This document shows, piece by piece, positions 41,998 through 55,255 of a stretch of 64,000 bases of DNA. The notes beneath the pieces were generated by a model that was not told the DNA's origin, did no database searches, and was given only the letters and a program-made list of their open reading frames with translations. Numbering within the stretch: position 1 is the first letter of the stretch; every line of letters starts with the position of its first letter. Origin of the DNA: Eledone cirrhosa (lineage: Eukaryota); assembly GCA_964016885.1 (NCBI GenBank), contig OZ024741.1, forward strand, positions 101,742,001 to 101,806,000, given 5' to 3'. The translations under genes and the position numbers were made by a program.

Positions 41998-42384
41998 ACA
42001 CACACACATATTTGTTGTGAAAGAGTCATTTCTCAATCTTAGCGCAAAACCAATTTTTTATCCACATGACCTCTACCGACCAATCAAAATTGTTTTGACC
42101 ACAAGCATTTTTGCAACACAAAAATAACGCTGGAGCCACTTTTTTAACATAAAAACAGGTAGAATTCCCAAAACTAATCAGATCAGAGCAAACAGTACGG
42201 ACACTCTATCTCAAAATTATTTTTGAAAAGCATTTAGAAATGCGCAACCGGTAAAAACTTAAAAACTTAAAACCACAACTGAATACTAACCCATACAATC
42301 ACTAATACTCTTTTATTCCTAATTAAACCATTTTTCAACTGTGAACAATTTGTCAGCATTTTCTATTCCGTTTACCAATATATA
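38911..42384 (-). mobile_element. Penelope-like element with inverted pseudo-LTRs
   Basis: 38911-39941 is the reverse complement of 41593-42384; the ORF lies between them; hammerhead-like motifs at about 39036-39075 (-) and 42219-42257 (+). Confidence 0.92.
40170..41591 (-). CDS. PLE reverse transcriptase + GIY-YIG endonuclease, 5'-truncated, 473 aa uninterrupted
   Basis: TFDVVNLYSNIPH, QKSGTAMG, WKRYLDDCF, LPFLD, YYKPTD..YL..SCHP, linker CDRPNCGIC, NLIYVLTCSGCREQYIGQT..RMTVH..SEH..RLN. Confidence 0.92.
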   Translation of the reverse strand: MPLSEQTLLVTFDVVNLYSNIPHNLGIEAIQFWLDNFRNELPQRIKKEFVIEGLKFILENNYFVFNNKPYRQKSGTAMGTKTAPTYANLVMGYLEITLYTKVLNKFGNTLHLHIERNWKRYLDDCFILWHENIEKLKEFHTLINGLNTNINFTMEYSHQQLPFLDILIKIHNKKIETDIYYKPTDSKQYLPFNSCHPRHVKINIPYNLAKRICTIVSNKNICYLRLQELKDTLIGRDYPASLIDNGIQRALKLSTQDLRHPKVNQPKLKALPYISTHNPLNNEAFDTILQNIPVLKKDHRMNQILRTHDIIKSKRQSKSMKNILRHSKVLPTTTTKPTVKKCDRPNCGICINLIEGSEFYFKDGQRFIVKHNFTCASENLIYVLTCSGCREQYIGQTKNSLRQRMTVHRSQIKIREYRKIPLSEHIDTCAAQNHPNFRIFPLYKFKDNATHTQRISKESYFINKYGPRLNTSP

Positions 42385-42417
42385 ATAACTTGTGTGTTAC
42401 ACCTCTATTCTTTTAAC

Positions 42418-42492
<75 letters not shown>

Positions 42493-42509
42493 GTATGAGA
42501 GATAGATTG

Positions 42510-42574
<65 letters not shown>

Positions 42575-42979
42575 GAGAGTATGTGTGTTTATGCCTGTGT
42601 GAACGTTTACTGTTTGTTTACGTCCCGTAATTAAGCAGTTTGACAAAGGTAGATCGATAAAATAAGTACCAGACCTGAAAATAATAATAAAAAAAATCTG
42701 GAGTTGATATGATGGATTAAATCCCTTCAAGGGGGATCTCCAGCATGGCCATAGTTTAATGACTGAAACCAGCAAAAGAATAAAGTAGGAAGATTCAAAT
42801 TGAAATAATATTTAAAAAATGATTAATATAAACAAAATTAAAAGCAGGAGAGATATGAATATGCGAATCATTAGAAAATAAAAGCCGCTTGTTTGTCATA
42901 AAATCATTGATAGACACAATCTCTGACTCAGAGACATCGTGCCTCATCTCATTGTCTCGTCTACCGCTACTACGTTGGT

Positions 42980-43280
42980 CTCTTCTCCTAACAGATATAC
43001 TCCAGTTTCTTGCCCATAGACATTCTATCACATCTCTCTGTCTTATCTATCGCTACTACAATGGTCTTTGCTCTTCTGAGCTGGCCGATCTTGTGCACTC
43101 CCACTTTGGTATTCTCGCCTCACCCATCTCTCTTCCCCATATTGTGTCTAAACTCCCAGACCCCGAACTAACGAATATGTTTAACCCATCACTCCGGAAC
43201 GTATTTTGCTGGAATTGACTTCCTGTGCATGTCTTTGTTGCAGGAATCAACGTACAATAATTTGAACTGAACATAAAACT
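42980..43280 (+). mobile_element. CR1/L2-like LINE 3' remnant
   Basis: LQFLAHRHSITSLCLIYRYYNGLCSSELADLV ... WN*LP..VF motif. Confidence 0.6.
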
Positions 43281-43962
43281 CATCGGTATCGGATGACATA
43301 GCAGACAGACAGACAGACTGACAGACAGACTGACAAACAGACAGACAGATTGACAGACAGTCAGACTGACAGACAAACAGACAGGCACACACACACACGC
43401 ACGCACACACATATATACACACACACCAACACTACTACCTCTAACACCACAACCACTCCACCTTCCCCCACCGTACCCTACCACACCACTACCATCGCCT
43501 CCATCATCACAATATCGACAGTATCATCTCATCACTCTGCAAAGGTCATGGACACAGCCCCTTCTTTCAGACATAGCAGACACACACACATACAGACTCA
43601 CACTCACACATACACACATACGCACACACAACTACTACCACCAAAATTCCACCAACACCACCACCATCACTATCACTAACATATCGACAATATTTCATCT
43701 CATCAGTCTGTAACGGTGAAAGGGCTTAGACATTTCCCCCCAGACTTAAAATAAACAAAAACAAAAACAACAACTAGAAAAAGAAAGAACAGAATATCAA
43801 ATAGAATATGATTTTAACTGAAAGAAAATTATCCAACATAAAATGAAATGCTTAAAAGATTTACGTGTGCGCGCAACAATTGAAAGATGCAAGGAACATA
43901 ACTAACAAAAATAAAAATGAAATATTTCATTTCTTTGGCGGAAAAAATGTTCAACTGTTCAA

Positions 43963-44070
<108 letters not shown>

Positions 44071-44251
44071 ATATATATATATATACATTCATTCATACAT
44101 ATACAGATACATACAGTATGTATGTATGTATGTATGTATGTATGTATGTATGTATGTATGTATGTATGTATGTATGTATGTATGTATGTATGTATGTATG
44201 TATGTATGTATGTATGTATGTATGTATGTATGTATGTATGTATGTATGTAT

Positions 44252-44922
44252 GTTCGGTAAGAGTACCAAGATCAGAGTGTACAGAGCCATAGTCCATATC
44301 CATCCTCCTATATGGCTCAGAGTCATGGGTCACTTTTCGCCACCACCTTCGACATCTCGAGCGCTTCCACCAGCGCTGCCTCCACACCATCCTCAATATC
44401 CACTGGAGGACTTTGTCACCAATGTTGAAATCCTTGAATAGACGGAGGCCACCAGCATCGAGGCCATGAAGCTGAAGTCCCAACTACGCTGGGCTGGGCA
44501 CATCTCCTGGATGAAGGAACATCACCTACCCAGGATCCCACTGTACGGCGAACTCTCCACTGCCTATCATGACAGGGGAGCACCGATGAAGCGATAAATG
44601 GACTGTTTGAAAAAATCCCTTGGTGCCTGTCACATCGACCATCACCGGTGGTCTACCCTAGCTGAGAAACATGACGCCTGGTCTCTCAACATCAACGATG
44701 CTCCCTCCTCTTTCTAAAACACATGAAGAACCACCCCCAAGGACAGAAGGCACAGGAGGAAGAACCACAACACCAAGTCATTAAACCTTGAAGAAGCGTT
44801 CAACTGCAGCCGCTGTGACTGTGCGTAGCTGTCCCGGATTGGCCTAACAGCCACGAGATGTCTGCAGTTAACGTGGACCACCCCCTTCATAATCTTCGTT
44901 CGCGGATCCAAGCTATGATGAT
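44252..44922 (+). mobile_element. RTE-clade LINE 3' fragment inside (ATGT)n
   Basis: [40 protein letters not shown]; (gat) tail. Confidence 0.85.
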
Positions 44923-45018
44923 AATGTATGTATGTATGTATGTATGTATGTATGTATGTATGTATGTATGTATGTATGTATGTATGTATGTATGTATGTA
45001 TGTATGTATGTATGTATG

Positions 45019-46122
45019 TTTTCTCTTTCTCTTAATTTCGAGTATATTATTTGACCGGCCACCTTCCTGGTGGCAAGGTTGTAAAAGAAAAGAAATTGTC
45101 ATCCCTTGAATCGCAAGAATGTTTGGCAAATTTTGAAGGTGCCAGCTATCGCAGCCATTTGTAGACTATGAATTAGGGAGCTGCGCTTTTTGTCCGCAAA
45201 TCCAAGTTCAGTCATACTTTGGTCTAAGCGGGTTGGTATATAACCCGTAGCTCCAATAATGATGGGTATGAAGCTAAAGGTGTATCTTGGATACTGGATT
45301 TGTAAACTCCTCATCAATGGTCCGTAGATGTCCTCCTTCTCCTGTATTTTTCTGACAACGTTTACATCAAGTGGGCAGCTGATCTCCACAACAGAACACG
45401 TTTTCAATGTGTGGTCCCAAACTACAATATCAGGCCGGTTGTGCTTTAATTTGGTGGCAGTTTTTATTTTCAGGTTCCACCAGTATTCCTTAGTGCCATC
45501 TGTCTCAATATATTCTTCCTCGTTTGTTGTTAATTTTGTTTTCCGAAGTGCGTTCCAGATGGTTCTAGCTATCCCATCGTGTCTCATGGGGAGGTAGTAG
45601 CGAGATGACATTCTTTCGCAGCTGGCAACAATGTGGCTTACATCCTCGATCTTTGTTTTACATAGCCTACATTTATTGTCAGCTGCTGGCCCTCCCCTTT
45701 TGTGCAGCAGATATTTGGTAGGGAGTTCTTGTTCCTGTATTGCATAGAGATATCCCTCAAGGTGTGATGTCATAAACTTGTCGGAACTCCATGCCAGGCT
45801 TTTTGAGTGGTTTATCCCCTCTATGGTCTGTGTTTTACGCCTCAAGTATCCATGCACAACTTTTTCTGTAAATTGGTCAATTTTTTTTATCTTGTTTGAA
45901 CATTGAATAGGATCTTCCGATTTCTCTGGGTGAGAGATTTATATCAGGCTTTATTCCATATCTCTCCTCCAGATCAGTCGCTATTCTAATGATATTTCTT
46001 TTTTCATGGTCATAAACCTGGGCAAGATGGTTGCCAACCTTTTTCCTCTGTTGAAGGTGTTGCTTCAGTGTCACTATCCGGGTCTCATATGTTGTTAATA
46101 TTGATTTTAGACCCCGGCCACC
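45019..46122 (-). mobile_element. R4/Dong-clade LINE 3' fragment (CCHC + PD-D/ExK endonuclease)
   Basis: GGRGL, EGYLYAIQEQ, CRLC..HIVASC, RHD, HNRPDIVVWD..VEISCP..KEDIY..PIIIGATG; both ends in (TATG)n. Confidence 0.9.
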
Positions 46123-46197
46123 TATGTATGTATGTATGTATGTATGTATGTATGTATGTATGTATGTATGTATGTATGTATGTATGTATGTATGTAT

Positions 46198-47277
46198 GAG
46201 AGATGACCCCTTAGCCTTTGTCAAGGCAGAATTCTAGGAGAAGGAAAACTCTGATATAACACCTGCAACTCTGATGGTATCCAATGATGTTGATTTGTTC
46301 TTCTTTTTGGTAAATATCATCTTGGTTAAGAGAGTAGGACTGGCTTTGTGCAGTGCTTTTGCTCACTATAAAAGTTTCACGGCACAGGCATTGCTTTATA
46401 TCTGGAGATCTCTCTGCACTTATCATCACATGGTACCATGGGCCCAGCACTGTGTCAATAATTGTCACGGGTGTAGTGTTTGTACCAAAGTTTTTGAGTC
46501 GCTGGCTGGACTAAAAAGTCACACTCGTTCAGCGCATTGGTAGGGGTTCTCCTACATGGATATAAAGTAGTGGCCGTACTCGAAAACGAGTTGGCAGCCA
46601 CCATGTATGTATGTATGTATGTATGTATGTATGTATGTATGTATGTATGTATGTATGTATGTATGTATGTCAGGTCACCACTTGGTGCTACTGGTAACAT
46701 GTATCCCAGTACAAGCTGTCTCATGGTCGGGTCGTTGGCGACTAAACTGGCAACCCCACCAAGGTTTCTTGGTGAGGAGGGTGACTTTGGACATCCTGCA
46801 GGACTAAAAACAAAACCTGTCAAAGGGCAAAGGAGCTCTTAAGAGTCAATGGCCATCCAAAATCACTGGGAGAGATGACCCCTTAGCCTTTGTCAAGGCA
46901 GAATTCTAGGAGAAGGAAAACTCTGATATAACACCTGCAACCCTGATGGTATCCAATGATGTTAACTTGTTCTTCTTTTTGGTAAATATCATCTTGGTTA
47001 AGAGAGTGGGACTGGCTTTGTGCAGTGCCTTTGCTCACTATAAAAGCTTCACGGCACAGACATTGCTTTGTATCTGGAGATCTCTCTGCACTTGTCGTCA
47101 CATGGTACCATGGGCCCAGCACTATGTGTCAATAATTGTCACAAGTGTAGTGTTTGTACCAGAGTTTTCAAGTCGCTGGCTGGACTAAAAAGTCACACTC
47201 GTTCAGCGCATCGGTAGGGGTTCTCCTACATGGATATAAAGTAGTGGCCGTACTCGAAAACGAGTTGGCAGCCACCA
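46198..47277 (+). mobile_element. Two tandem copies of a short RTE-related non-autonomous element
   Basis: 46198-46602 repeats at 46870-47277; contains ctaggagaaggaaaactctga and a CSVC..GLKSH..H remnant; each copy ends gttggcagccacc(atgt)n. Confidence 0.65.
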
Positions 47278-47751
47278 TGTATGTATGTATGTTTGTATGC
47301 ATGTTTGTATGCATGTGTGTGTGCGCGCGCAGCCATTGGAATAACAGAAAGAAATGCAATGAGCAGTGATTTGGCCACCATTGTTGAGTCACCAACAAGA
47401 GGGTTTTACGGCTAAGGATCCAAACGTCCAATGAACGTTCAACATCATCTGATGACGTAAACACTTCCTGGTCAAGTCTATGTTTACTGAAGGTCAACGA
47501 ATGTGTGGCATTTCCTATAACAGGTAATTTTTCTTACAGACATACGCACACACATATAGTCTGCGGTGCTGAGACCTGAAAGACCACAAATCAGGGTAGT
47601 ACTCTATGCATGGAAAGAAGCAGAGTGGGTATAGAAGGTTAAAACTCAACAGTAACGCCAAGGGGTTTCGGTTTATATTCTAAAATATAAGCCGAAACCG
47701 CTTGGCATCGCGGTCGTGTTTTTACCCCCCTCTCTATATATATTTATATAC

Positions 47752-48085
47752 GAAGGCGAACAGCTTAGTAGTTAGAGCGTCGGGCTTACAATCGTGATGT
47801 TGTGAGTTAGATTCTAGGACCCGGCTTTGCTTTGTGTTCTTGAGCAACACACTTTATTTCACGTTGCTCCAGTTCACACAGCTGTAGAAATGAATTCCAA
47901 CGTCACTGGTGCCAAGCTGTATTGGCCTTTGCCTTTCTCTTGGACAACAACGGTGACGTGGAGAGGGAAGACTGGTACGCATGAGCAACTGCTGGTCATC
48001 CACAAACAACCTTGCCCGGACTTGTGTCTCGGAGGGGAACTTTCTAGGTGCAAATCGCATGGTCATTCGTGACCGAGGGGGATCT
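47752..48085 (+). mobile_element. tRNA-derived SINE family B
   Basis: Homologous to 7097-7430. Confidence 0.8.
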
Positions 48086-48197
48086 TTTTACCCTATATAT
48101 ATATGTGTAAATTTATATGTATGTGTGTATATGTATAATATATGTACACACACATACACACACACACGTACACGCACAAACAGACACATATATATAT

Positions 48198-48495
48198 AAA
48201 GAAAAAACGATGAAGTTTCGTTTACATATTTTTAGGCTTTTCTGAGTTACGCGCGTTTCGCAGTCGGGTTCATAACTTCTATGTGGGATCTTGAGCCAAT
48301 AATCTGCGGAATGCGCATAACAGATCGATGCACAGTAAAAACCTCAATACATGCAAACGAAACTTCATCGTTTTTCTTAATATATGCACTCAGCCTCTGC
48401 ATCTAGTGATCATATTTATACCACCATCAATATATATATATATATATATATACACTGATGGTGGTAAAAATATGAGCACTAGATGCAGGGGCAGA

Positions 48496-48500
<5 letters not shown>
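48198..48500. repeat. Two adjacent fold-back hairpins (48198-48380 and 48385-48500)
   Basis: aagaaaaaacgatgaagtttcgttt pairs with aaacgaaacttcatcgtttttctt; tgcactc...ccaccatca (TA)n tgatggtgg...gagtgca. Confidence 0.8.
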
Positions 48501-48569
<69 letters not shown>

Positions 48570-48860
48570 CGGAAGATACGTTATTTCAAGTTGTTTCAGT
48601 GCATTCAGCTTGCATAAATGAGTTGTACCAGTAATTCGAAGGGACATTCTGTGTCACGATGAATTTCCAGGAGAACTACGTTAAGGGTACAAGTGTCAGT
48701 GGAATGCTCACTTACACGTTAATTTCATGAACATGTTGTCCCGTTGATCAAATCATCGGGAACATTGTTAGTCGTAACCGACGGTGTGCCAGTTTTTTTG
48801 TATCTTTAAAAAAGAATAATAAAATGAATAATATAGCACAAATAACAATAGCAATATGAA

Positions 48861-48930
<70 letters not shown>

Positions 48931-48940
48931 ATATATATAT

Positions 48941-48995
<55 letters not shown>

Positions 48996-49461
48996 TGTCC
49001 CAACCCCAAAGTTCATCATAATAGTCGATCACTATAAATGATTCGAGCAGCGTCTATTCATGCACACCCATTCTTTTCATAACCCTTTAAGAAGGATCAT
49101 GACGTCACTTTCGGCCTATATCTGGAGTCTAAAAGACACCTGATATAGGTTACACTGGGAGATTCTAGTTAAAGCTAGATGGTATAATGGAAACAAAAAC
49201 CATGTGATCTTTGCGCCGCCGAATCTCTGGAAATACTCTATGCTAACGATCAAATTTTAAACAAAAAATCTGAGGCAATTTCGGCTTGTAAACACGAATT
49301 GTATAAAACTCTCCCGTATTATAGTCCTACATTATATCCTAACGGAGAGTACGGACAATATGCAGATAATATACGTCATGATGTAGTAGCTAAGTATATC
49401 TTATTTCCAGATCATTATTTATATGTATATGTATGTACACCTTATCCGTATGTTTGTGTAT

Positions 49462-49497
<36 letters not shown>

Positions 49498-50299
49498 GTG
49501 AGTGTGTATGTGTGTATATGTATATATGTGTGTACATATTGTGTGTATATACGTATATGTGTATGTGTATAGGTGTATTTATTAACCTTTGCTAGTAGAA
49601 GTGCGCACATGTGCGTGTATGTGATTGCGTTTACCGAACATCTACGAGTGGGTATATACTCATATACATGTGCGTGCGTATACTAAATGCTATTTGTGCG
49701 CGTATGTATATATGTATATGTACGCGTATGTGTGTGTGTGTGTGTGCGTCTATTCATGTATATGTGTACGCGTAGGTATGTATTTGTGCGAGCATTTGTG
49801 CGAGCACATTCAAACGTATGGGCGCTAACATGTGCACATGTACGAATGCACACGTATATAAGTATACATAGTTTTATATAATATATCCTCGCCTAAGCGC
49901 ATACTTATGCACGAGCCATAACAATACTTTAATATTCTCATCATTATTTACTTTTAATAATTTTATTTACATTATTTTCAAAATCCGGAGCTGGAAATCA
50001 TTCGGTTATTCTAAATAGAATATTAATCTAAATGATTTTTTTATGGCATAAATGTAGTTTAGTCTTTGCAAGAAATTGTTCTTCTCGCTCCACATAACGA
50101 CGTAATTATCCTCGCATACTTTTCGTCCATCACCAGAGAACTTCTTCACGAACCAACGCATCGTCTTCCTGTTTTCTTTCTGTTGTAAGGTTTTTTGAAA
50201 TATTTACTTCTGCTTCCACAGATTGATTTTTCTCAGTTTCAGAAGATCCCGTTAATGGTGAAAGCAGCGATTCTTTGCTTACTTTTTAATCTGTTATTT

Positions 50300-50354
<55 letters not shown>

Positions 50355-50357
<3 letters not shown>

Positions 50358-52270
50358 GCAGGAGGTTCAGTATGTCAGAAGAAAACTGGTGAGAGTACCA
50401 AAGTCTGCACTCGATGTGTCACATAAGAGATTTATTGCTCATTCCTGGGGTGCAAGAAGTCAATCAGGGAAGCATGGATTAGTGACCCCACATGGTAACT
50501 AATTAAGGAAAGAAAAGCTATACATCAAAGAAAGCAGAACAACGATGAGGACCGCAGTGTATTACAGAAATATGCTAAGAAAGACAAGTAAATAAAACGC
50601 AGTGCTCAAAAGGATAAATGTCTGTGGTTGGAGAGCCAAGCTGAAGAAGCAGAGGTCAGTGGTAAACGAAATGACATGTGCGCTGTATATCAGATTGCCG
50701 AGAAGATCACTGGTACCACAAAAAGCAGGGCAGTCCCAATCAAGGTGAAGGATAGAACCCTGCTGTCCAAAAGTGAAGATAAACTTGCGAGATGGGTTGA
50801 GCACTTCAATGAAGTACTAAACCAATCTTAACCTTTCGGCAGTAACCGAAAAACTCTTAACACTAGCAACTTCTCAGGAGAAGAAATACGGAAGGCCATC
50901 AAAACGCTAAAGACGCCAGATATGGATGGCATCACCAAAAAGATGATCAAAGGCGGAGGGGAATGCCTCACCACATGGATGTGTCAGTTAAGCAACAGAT
51001 CTGGAATACAGATGAGGTACCGGAGAACTGGAAGAACGGAGCATTTGCCTACATCCACCAAAAGGATAATCTTGCAGAATGTGACAACTGGATGGGAGTA
51101 ACACTTCTATCTATATCAGGAAAGGTGTACTGACAGGTTATCCTGAATTGAATAAAAGAGGCAGTTGATCGTATCTTGCGTGAGCAACGACTGAATTCCG
51201 ATCCAAACGTTCCTGTGCCGATCAAATATTTACTCCACGGCGCACCACCGAGAAATAAAATGAATTCCAAGTACCACTTGCCATTACATTCATTGACTTT
51301 ACTAAAGCATTTGATAGCCTACACAGATCATCCTTATGGAACATTATGCGAGCTTATGGCACACAATCCAAGGTTGTCTCAGCTATCAGGGATTTATATA
51401 TTGGTCCAAAAGACTGCGTAAGAACTGTGGATGGCTATAGTGAGTGGTTTGCGGTCATCACAAGAGTCCCCCAAGGATGTTCGCTGTCTCTGAATCTCTT
51501 TGCTTTGGCCATCAACTGGATTCGCAAAAGGATAGCAGAAGATAAGGGGAATGACTGGTTAGATGAACAGAAGCTCTCGGATCTTAATATACATCAAAAT
51601 ATACATCCGACTTGCAGTATCTGATAGGTGAGATAGGGTCATCTGCAGCCAGCATCGGTTTCCACATCAGTGTCAAAAAACCATCTTGTTCGTAATCAGA
51701 CATATTTATTGGTATACGTCCCTCACCAAAAAACGTCTGTACCAATCATGAGGATGAGTAGGTCGCTATCGGGTTCATCTACCTCGGAAGCTCTATCAAC
51801 AGAAGTGGGGATATGGTGAAAGAAATTAATTGCAGAATAGGCAAAGCTTCAGCTGCCTTTAGGCAACTCAACAAGATCTGGAGGAGCACAAAACTTACGC
51901 TTGGTACCAAGAAAAGATTTTACAACAGCAATGTGCTTTCAACGCTCCTGTATGGGTGCGAACCGTGGAGTGGGAAGACCAGCTAAGTGAACCATTTAGA
52001 TGCTTTTGACACCAAATTCATCACCAACAAAGAATCCGTCAACCAACTCACAAACGTGTGTCTAAGGTCATGTCCAAGCGACAACTTTACTAATTAGGTC
52101 CTCTATTGGTACCCCCATGGAGAGAGGCGAAGAAGACGTCCCGAGATAAACTGGCGGCAAACAATCGATAGAGACCCGAAACCCGTCAAGAAAAGTTGGA
52201 ACGATGTATTGATAAATGCAACTTTGGAGCACTTTCTCTGCCTCATGCGTCTCAAGACGCGGGTACTTCT
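50355..52270 (+). mobile_element. Decayed RTE-clade LINE
   Basis: KDK.LWLESQAEEAE, LARWVEHFNEVLN, CDNWMGVTLLSISGKVY, FIDFTKAFDS, VPQGCSLS, YLGS, RIGKASAAF, LLYGCEPW. Confidence 0.85.
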
Positions 52271-52859
52271 AAGTCTATTCTCTCCCCCTCTCTCTCTCTT
52301 TCTCAATATATATATGTAAATATATATATAAGTAAAACACAAAACGTGGGGCATACAGAAGACACAAAAACCCACCAAAAGATGGACACACGGAGAGTTT
52401 CCTTTCATCGGCTGATTTGGGGTGTCTCTATAGTTTTGGATGCTCTAAACACAGGACTATTATTTCCTGCGCATCAATTGTCTCTAAAAGAATGAAAACA
52501 CAACGGATACTCGACAAGAAAACAACGGTACATATCGGGACTTTTCAATTCGTTGGACAGGAAAACAAGACGAAATATCTACATACTGATGCTGGCCAGG
52601 AAAATTGCTACAATGAAACGCAGGAAAACCGCAACATACAAATGTAAGTAGGTAACCGTAGGCGGAATAGGGATATTAATACTAGTTCTAGTAATGGCCC
52701 TGGAATTAATAAAGATAATAGACAAAGATGGGACGATAGAGAGTGAACTGACCAGGTCAGTCGCCGAACTATACTAGCATGTGAAAGAAGGTGATGGGGA
52801 AGTTGTAGGTAGGAGTTAAGACAGGAGTCTCAGAGGAAAGAACAAAGGGTATGTGTGTG

Positions 52860-52919
<60 letters not shown>

Positions 52920-53028
52920 TCGTAGGGTCACGTCCTGATACATAACATGTCTTAGGCATTTTAAATCTGGTGGAATCCATTTCTCTACAGGTTAAAAAAC
53001 TGCCGATTTCTTCCAGAGAGATAGAGAT

Positions 53029-53062
<34 letters not shown>

Positions 53063-53235
53063 GGAGAGGACTAATGAAGTCTCGTACTGGAATGGGATTT
53101 GATTGACTTCGAAAGTTAAAGTTTATCTCAACATGATTTGAACTCAGCAAAGTGAGCCAGAAATATATACCGAGATAGTTTTTAATCCGACGCCCAAACA
53201 ACTGATTTAATTCGAGAGAAAGAGAGGGTCACACA

Positions 53236-53291
<56 letters not shown>

Positions 53292-54251
53292 TATATATAT
53301 ATATAACTCCATAGCATAGTGGTTTCTGATTTAGGCACAATGTAAACAAATTTTTGGGGGTGGGGGAAAGTCGATTAAATAAACCCCATAAAGATGAAAG
53401 GCAAAACTAACGTCGGCGAGATTTGAACTTAAAATGTAATGTGCCGTAACTCCACAAAAAATAATGTTGTTTTTGCTGAATTGTTATGTTGGAATATAGT
53501 TAATTAAATGAGCCCTTATATTTGGCTAATACTTTATTTCATCGACTCTAGAAGAATAAAAGGCAAAGTTGACATCATATGGGCATGAACGTAGACCGTT
53601 AATCCTTGTGTATCTCTCTATAAATACACCTTCAGAGACATATGTACATATTTATCACTATAAGGTAGGCTTTTTATACGGCCAATTGGCAGAGGTTTTA
53701 GAGAGACGAATTAAATGTTTTAGTATTAATTCAGGCTCTTTGCGCTATTTCTGAAAGAAGGTCCAACGCTGGAACAATGAATAGTAAACAAATAGTTGCT
53801 ACAGATCTGGAATGGTTACAGCTGCACGGACATTGGTGAGGTGAGTGCATTAATAACAGAAAGAAAAAGGTGGCTACAATATGGTTAGGAAGAATCCGAA
53901 CATTCCCTAGTAACATCAATACTATAAATCAATACTATATACTATATGGCATTCTTGGTAGGAGGAGCGCTATTGTCAAAGTTGATCACTGTGATGTCAA
54001 TTTGACAATTTGACAATGAAGGGAGTGTTTTTATATGTATATAATGTTTTTTTTTTACTTTCATATAATATATTTTGACAACAGCTGATGATATACATGT
54101 AAGTAAATATATTGCTTATCTGATATTTTGTAACTAACCCTACATAGATCGATAACGAAATATGCGTACGATGTATTATTATCACCTAGAAACGATCGTA
54201 AAGCAGTGAAGTATATTTCTAATGACTTGAATTTTTATTTCATTGTTTTAA

Positions 54252-54327
<76 letters not shown>

Positions 54328-54372
54328 TATAACAAAATTTAAAATAGAAATGGCTTATTAATATAGAAAGAG

Positions 54373-54422
54373 ACTTCCCTGATGATTTCATTCGAATGAA
54401 ACAGTTCTAGTCCTGTAGAAGT
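54373..54422 (+). ncRNA. Type-I hammerhead ribozyme (ACAG/CTGT family)
   Basis: acttc c CTGATGA tttcattcgaat GAAACAG ttctagtc CTGTA gaagt; stem I differs from the 38715 copy but still pairs. Confidence 0.7.
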
Positions 54423-54508
54423 AATTTCTATATTAAATTTTGTTGTATACATTCTACTAATGTATTGAGTACCTTACTTACTGTGGTTACCCCCGATTGA
54501 ACCCGGGA

Positions 54509-54571
<63 letters not shown>

Positions 54572-54999
54572 AGAGAGCGTGTCGTAAGATACCAGCTTGA
54601 CCATCATGCACCAGAGTACTCAATACTTAGGGTAGTAGAGTGGGTAATAGGAAAAGAGTCAGGACCCCGATGGTTCAGCCGCCGGGGTTCTGACTCTTTT
54701 CCTATATATATATATGGAAGATGGACGTTAAACCGTGATGATGATGATGATGATGAGATATATATATATTTATATATATGATGATGATGATGATGGTATT
54801 ATGGGAACGAAGGCAGAATGAATTATGCCACACACACACACACACATATATATATGCTTGTATATAGTATTGGTATCTACCAAGCGTGATTTACATAAAA
54901 ATCCGTGTGTTAATCAACCCCACAAACAATGACACCCATTGAATAATATCAGTGAAATGCAACCTCCCTCAAAATCACTACATCGCAATATGCATATAT

Positions 55000-55198
55000 A
55001 CGAAGGTAGACTGAAAAGTTCATAGGCTGACTATGAAGGAGTGATGTTAGAGCTGTGAAATCTTGCATGCATTAATTTCAACTTTTCTTATTAATAACTT
55101 CATTGTTTCTTTCCAGGGACTCTGTTGAAAAATAAACCTTATTTGGTAATTTCATGAGAGTATTTTGGTCTGCCTATCAATTTTCCAGCCGATTTTCG

Positions 55199-55200
<2 letters not shown>
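55000..55200. mobile_element. Mariner-type MITE
   Basis: ta cgaaggtagactgaaaagttcataggc ... gcctatcaattttccagccgattttcg. Confidence 0.55.

Positions 55201-55255
<55 letters not shown>

Noticed and set aside
46670-46870. HDV-like ribozyme at the 5' end of the RTE-related unit
   Set aside because: The nested double pseudoknot could not be identified by eye; it needs a descriptor search.
47445-47510. CTGATGA with a gtaaaca/tgtttac stem
   Set aside because: GAAG replaces GAAA and there is no stem III or NUH; at best a dead remnant.
50040-50290. Coding-looking minus-strand segment
   Set aside because: Stops in the candidate frames, no convincing splice pair and no recognisable motif.
53735-53840. 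Plus-strand exon-like segment (ttcag|...|gtgagt)
   Set aside because: All three frames contain stops and no partner exon was found; it could only be non-coding.
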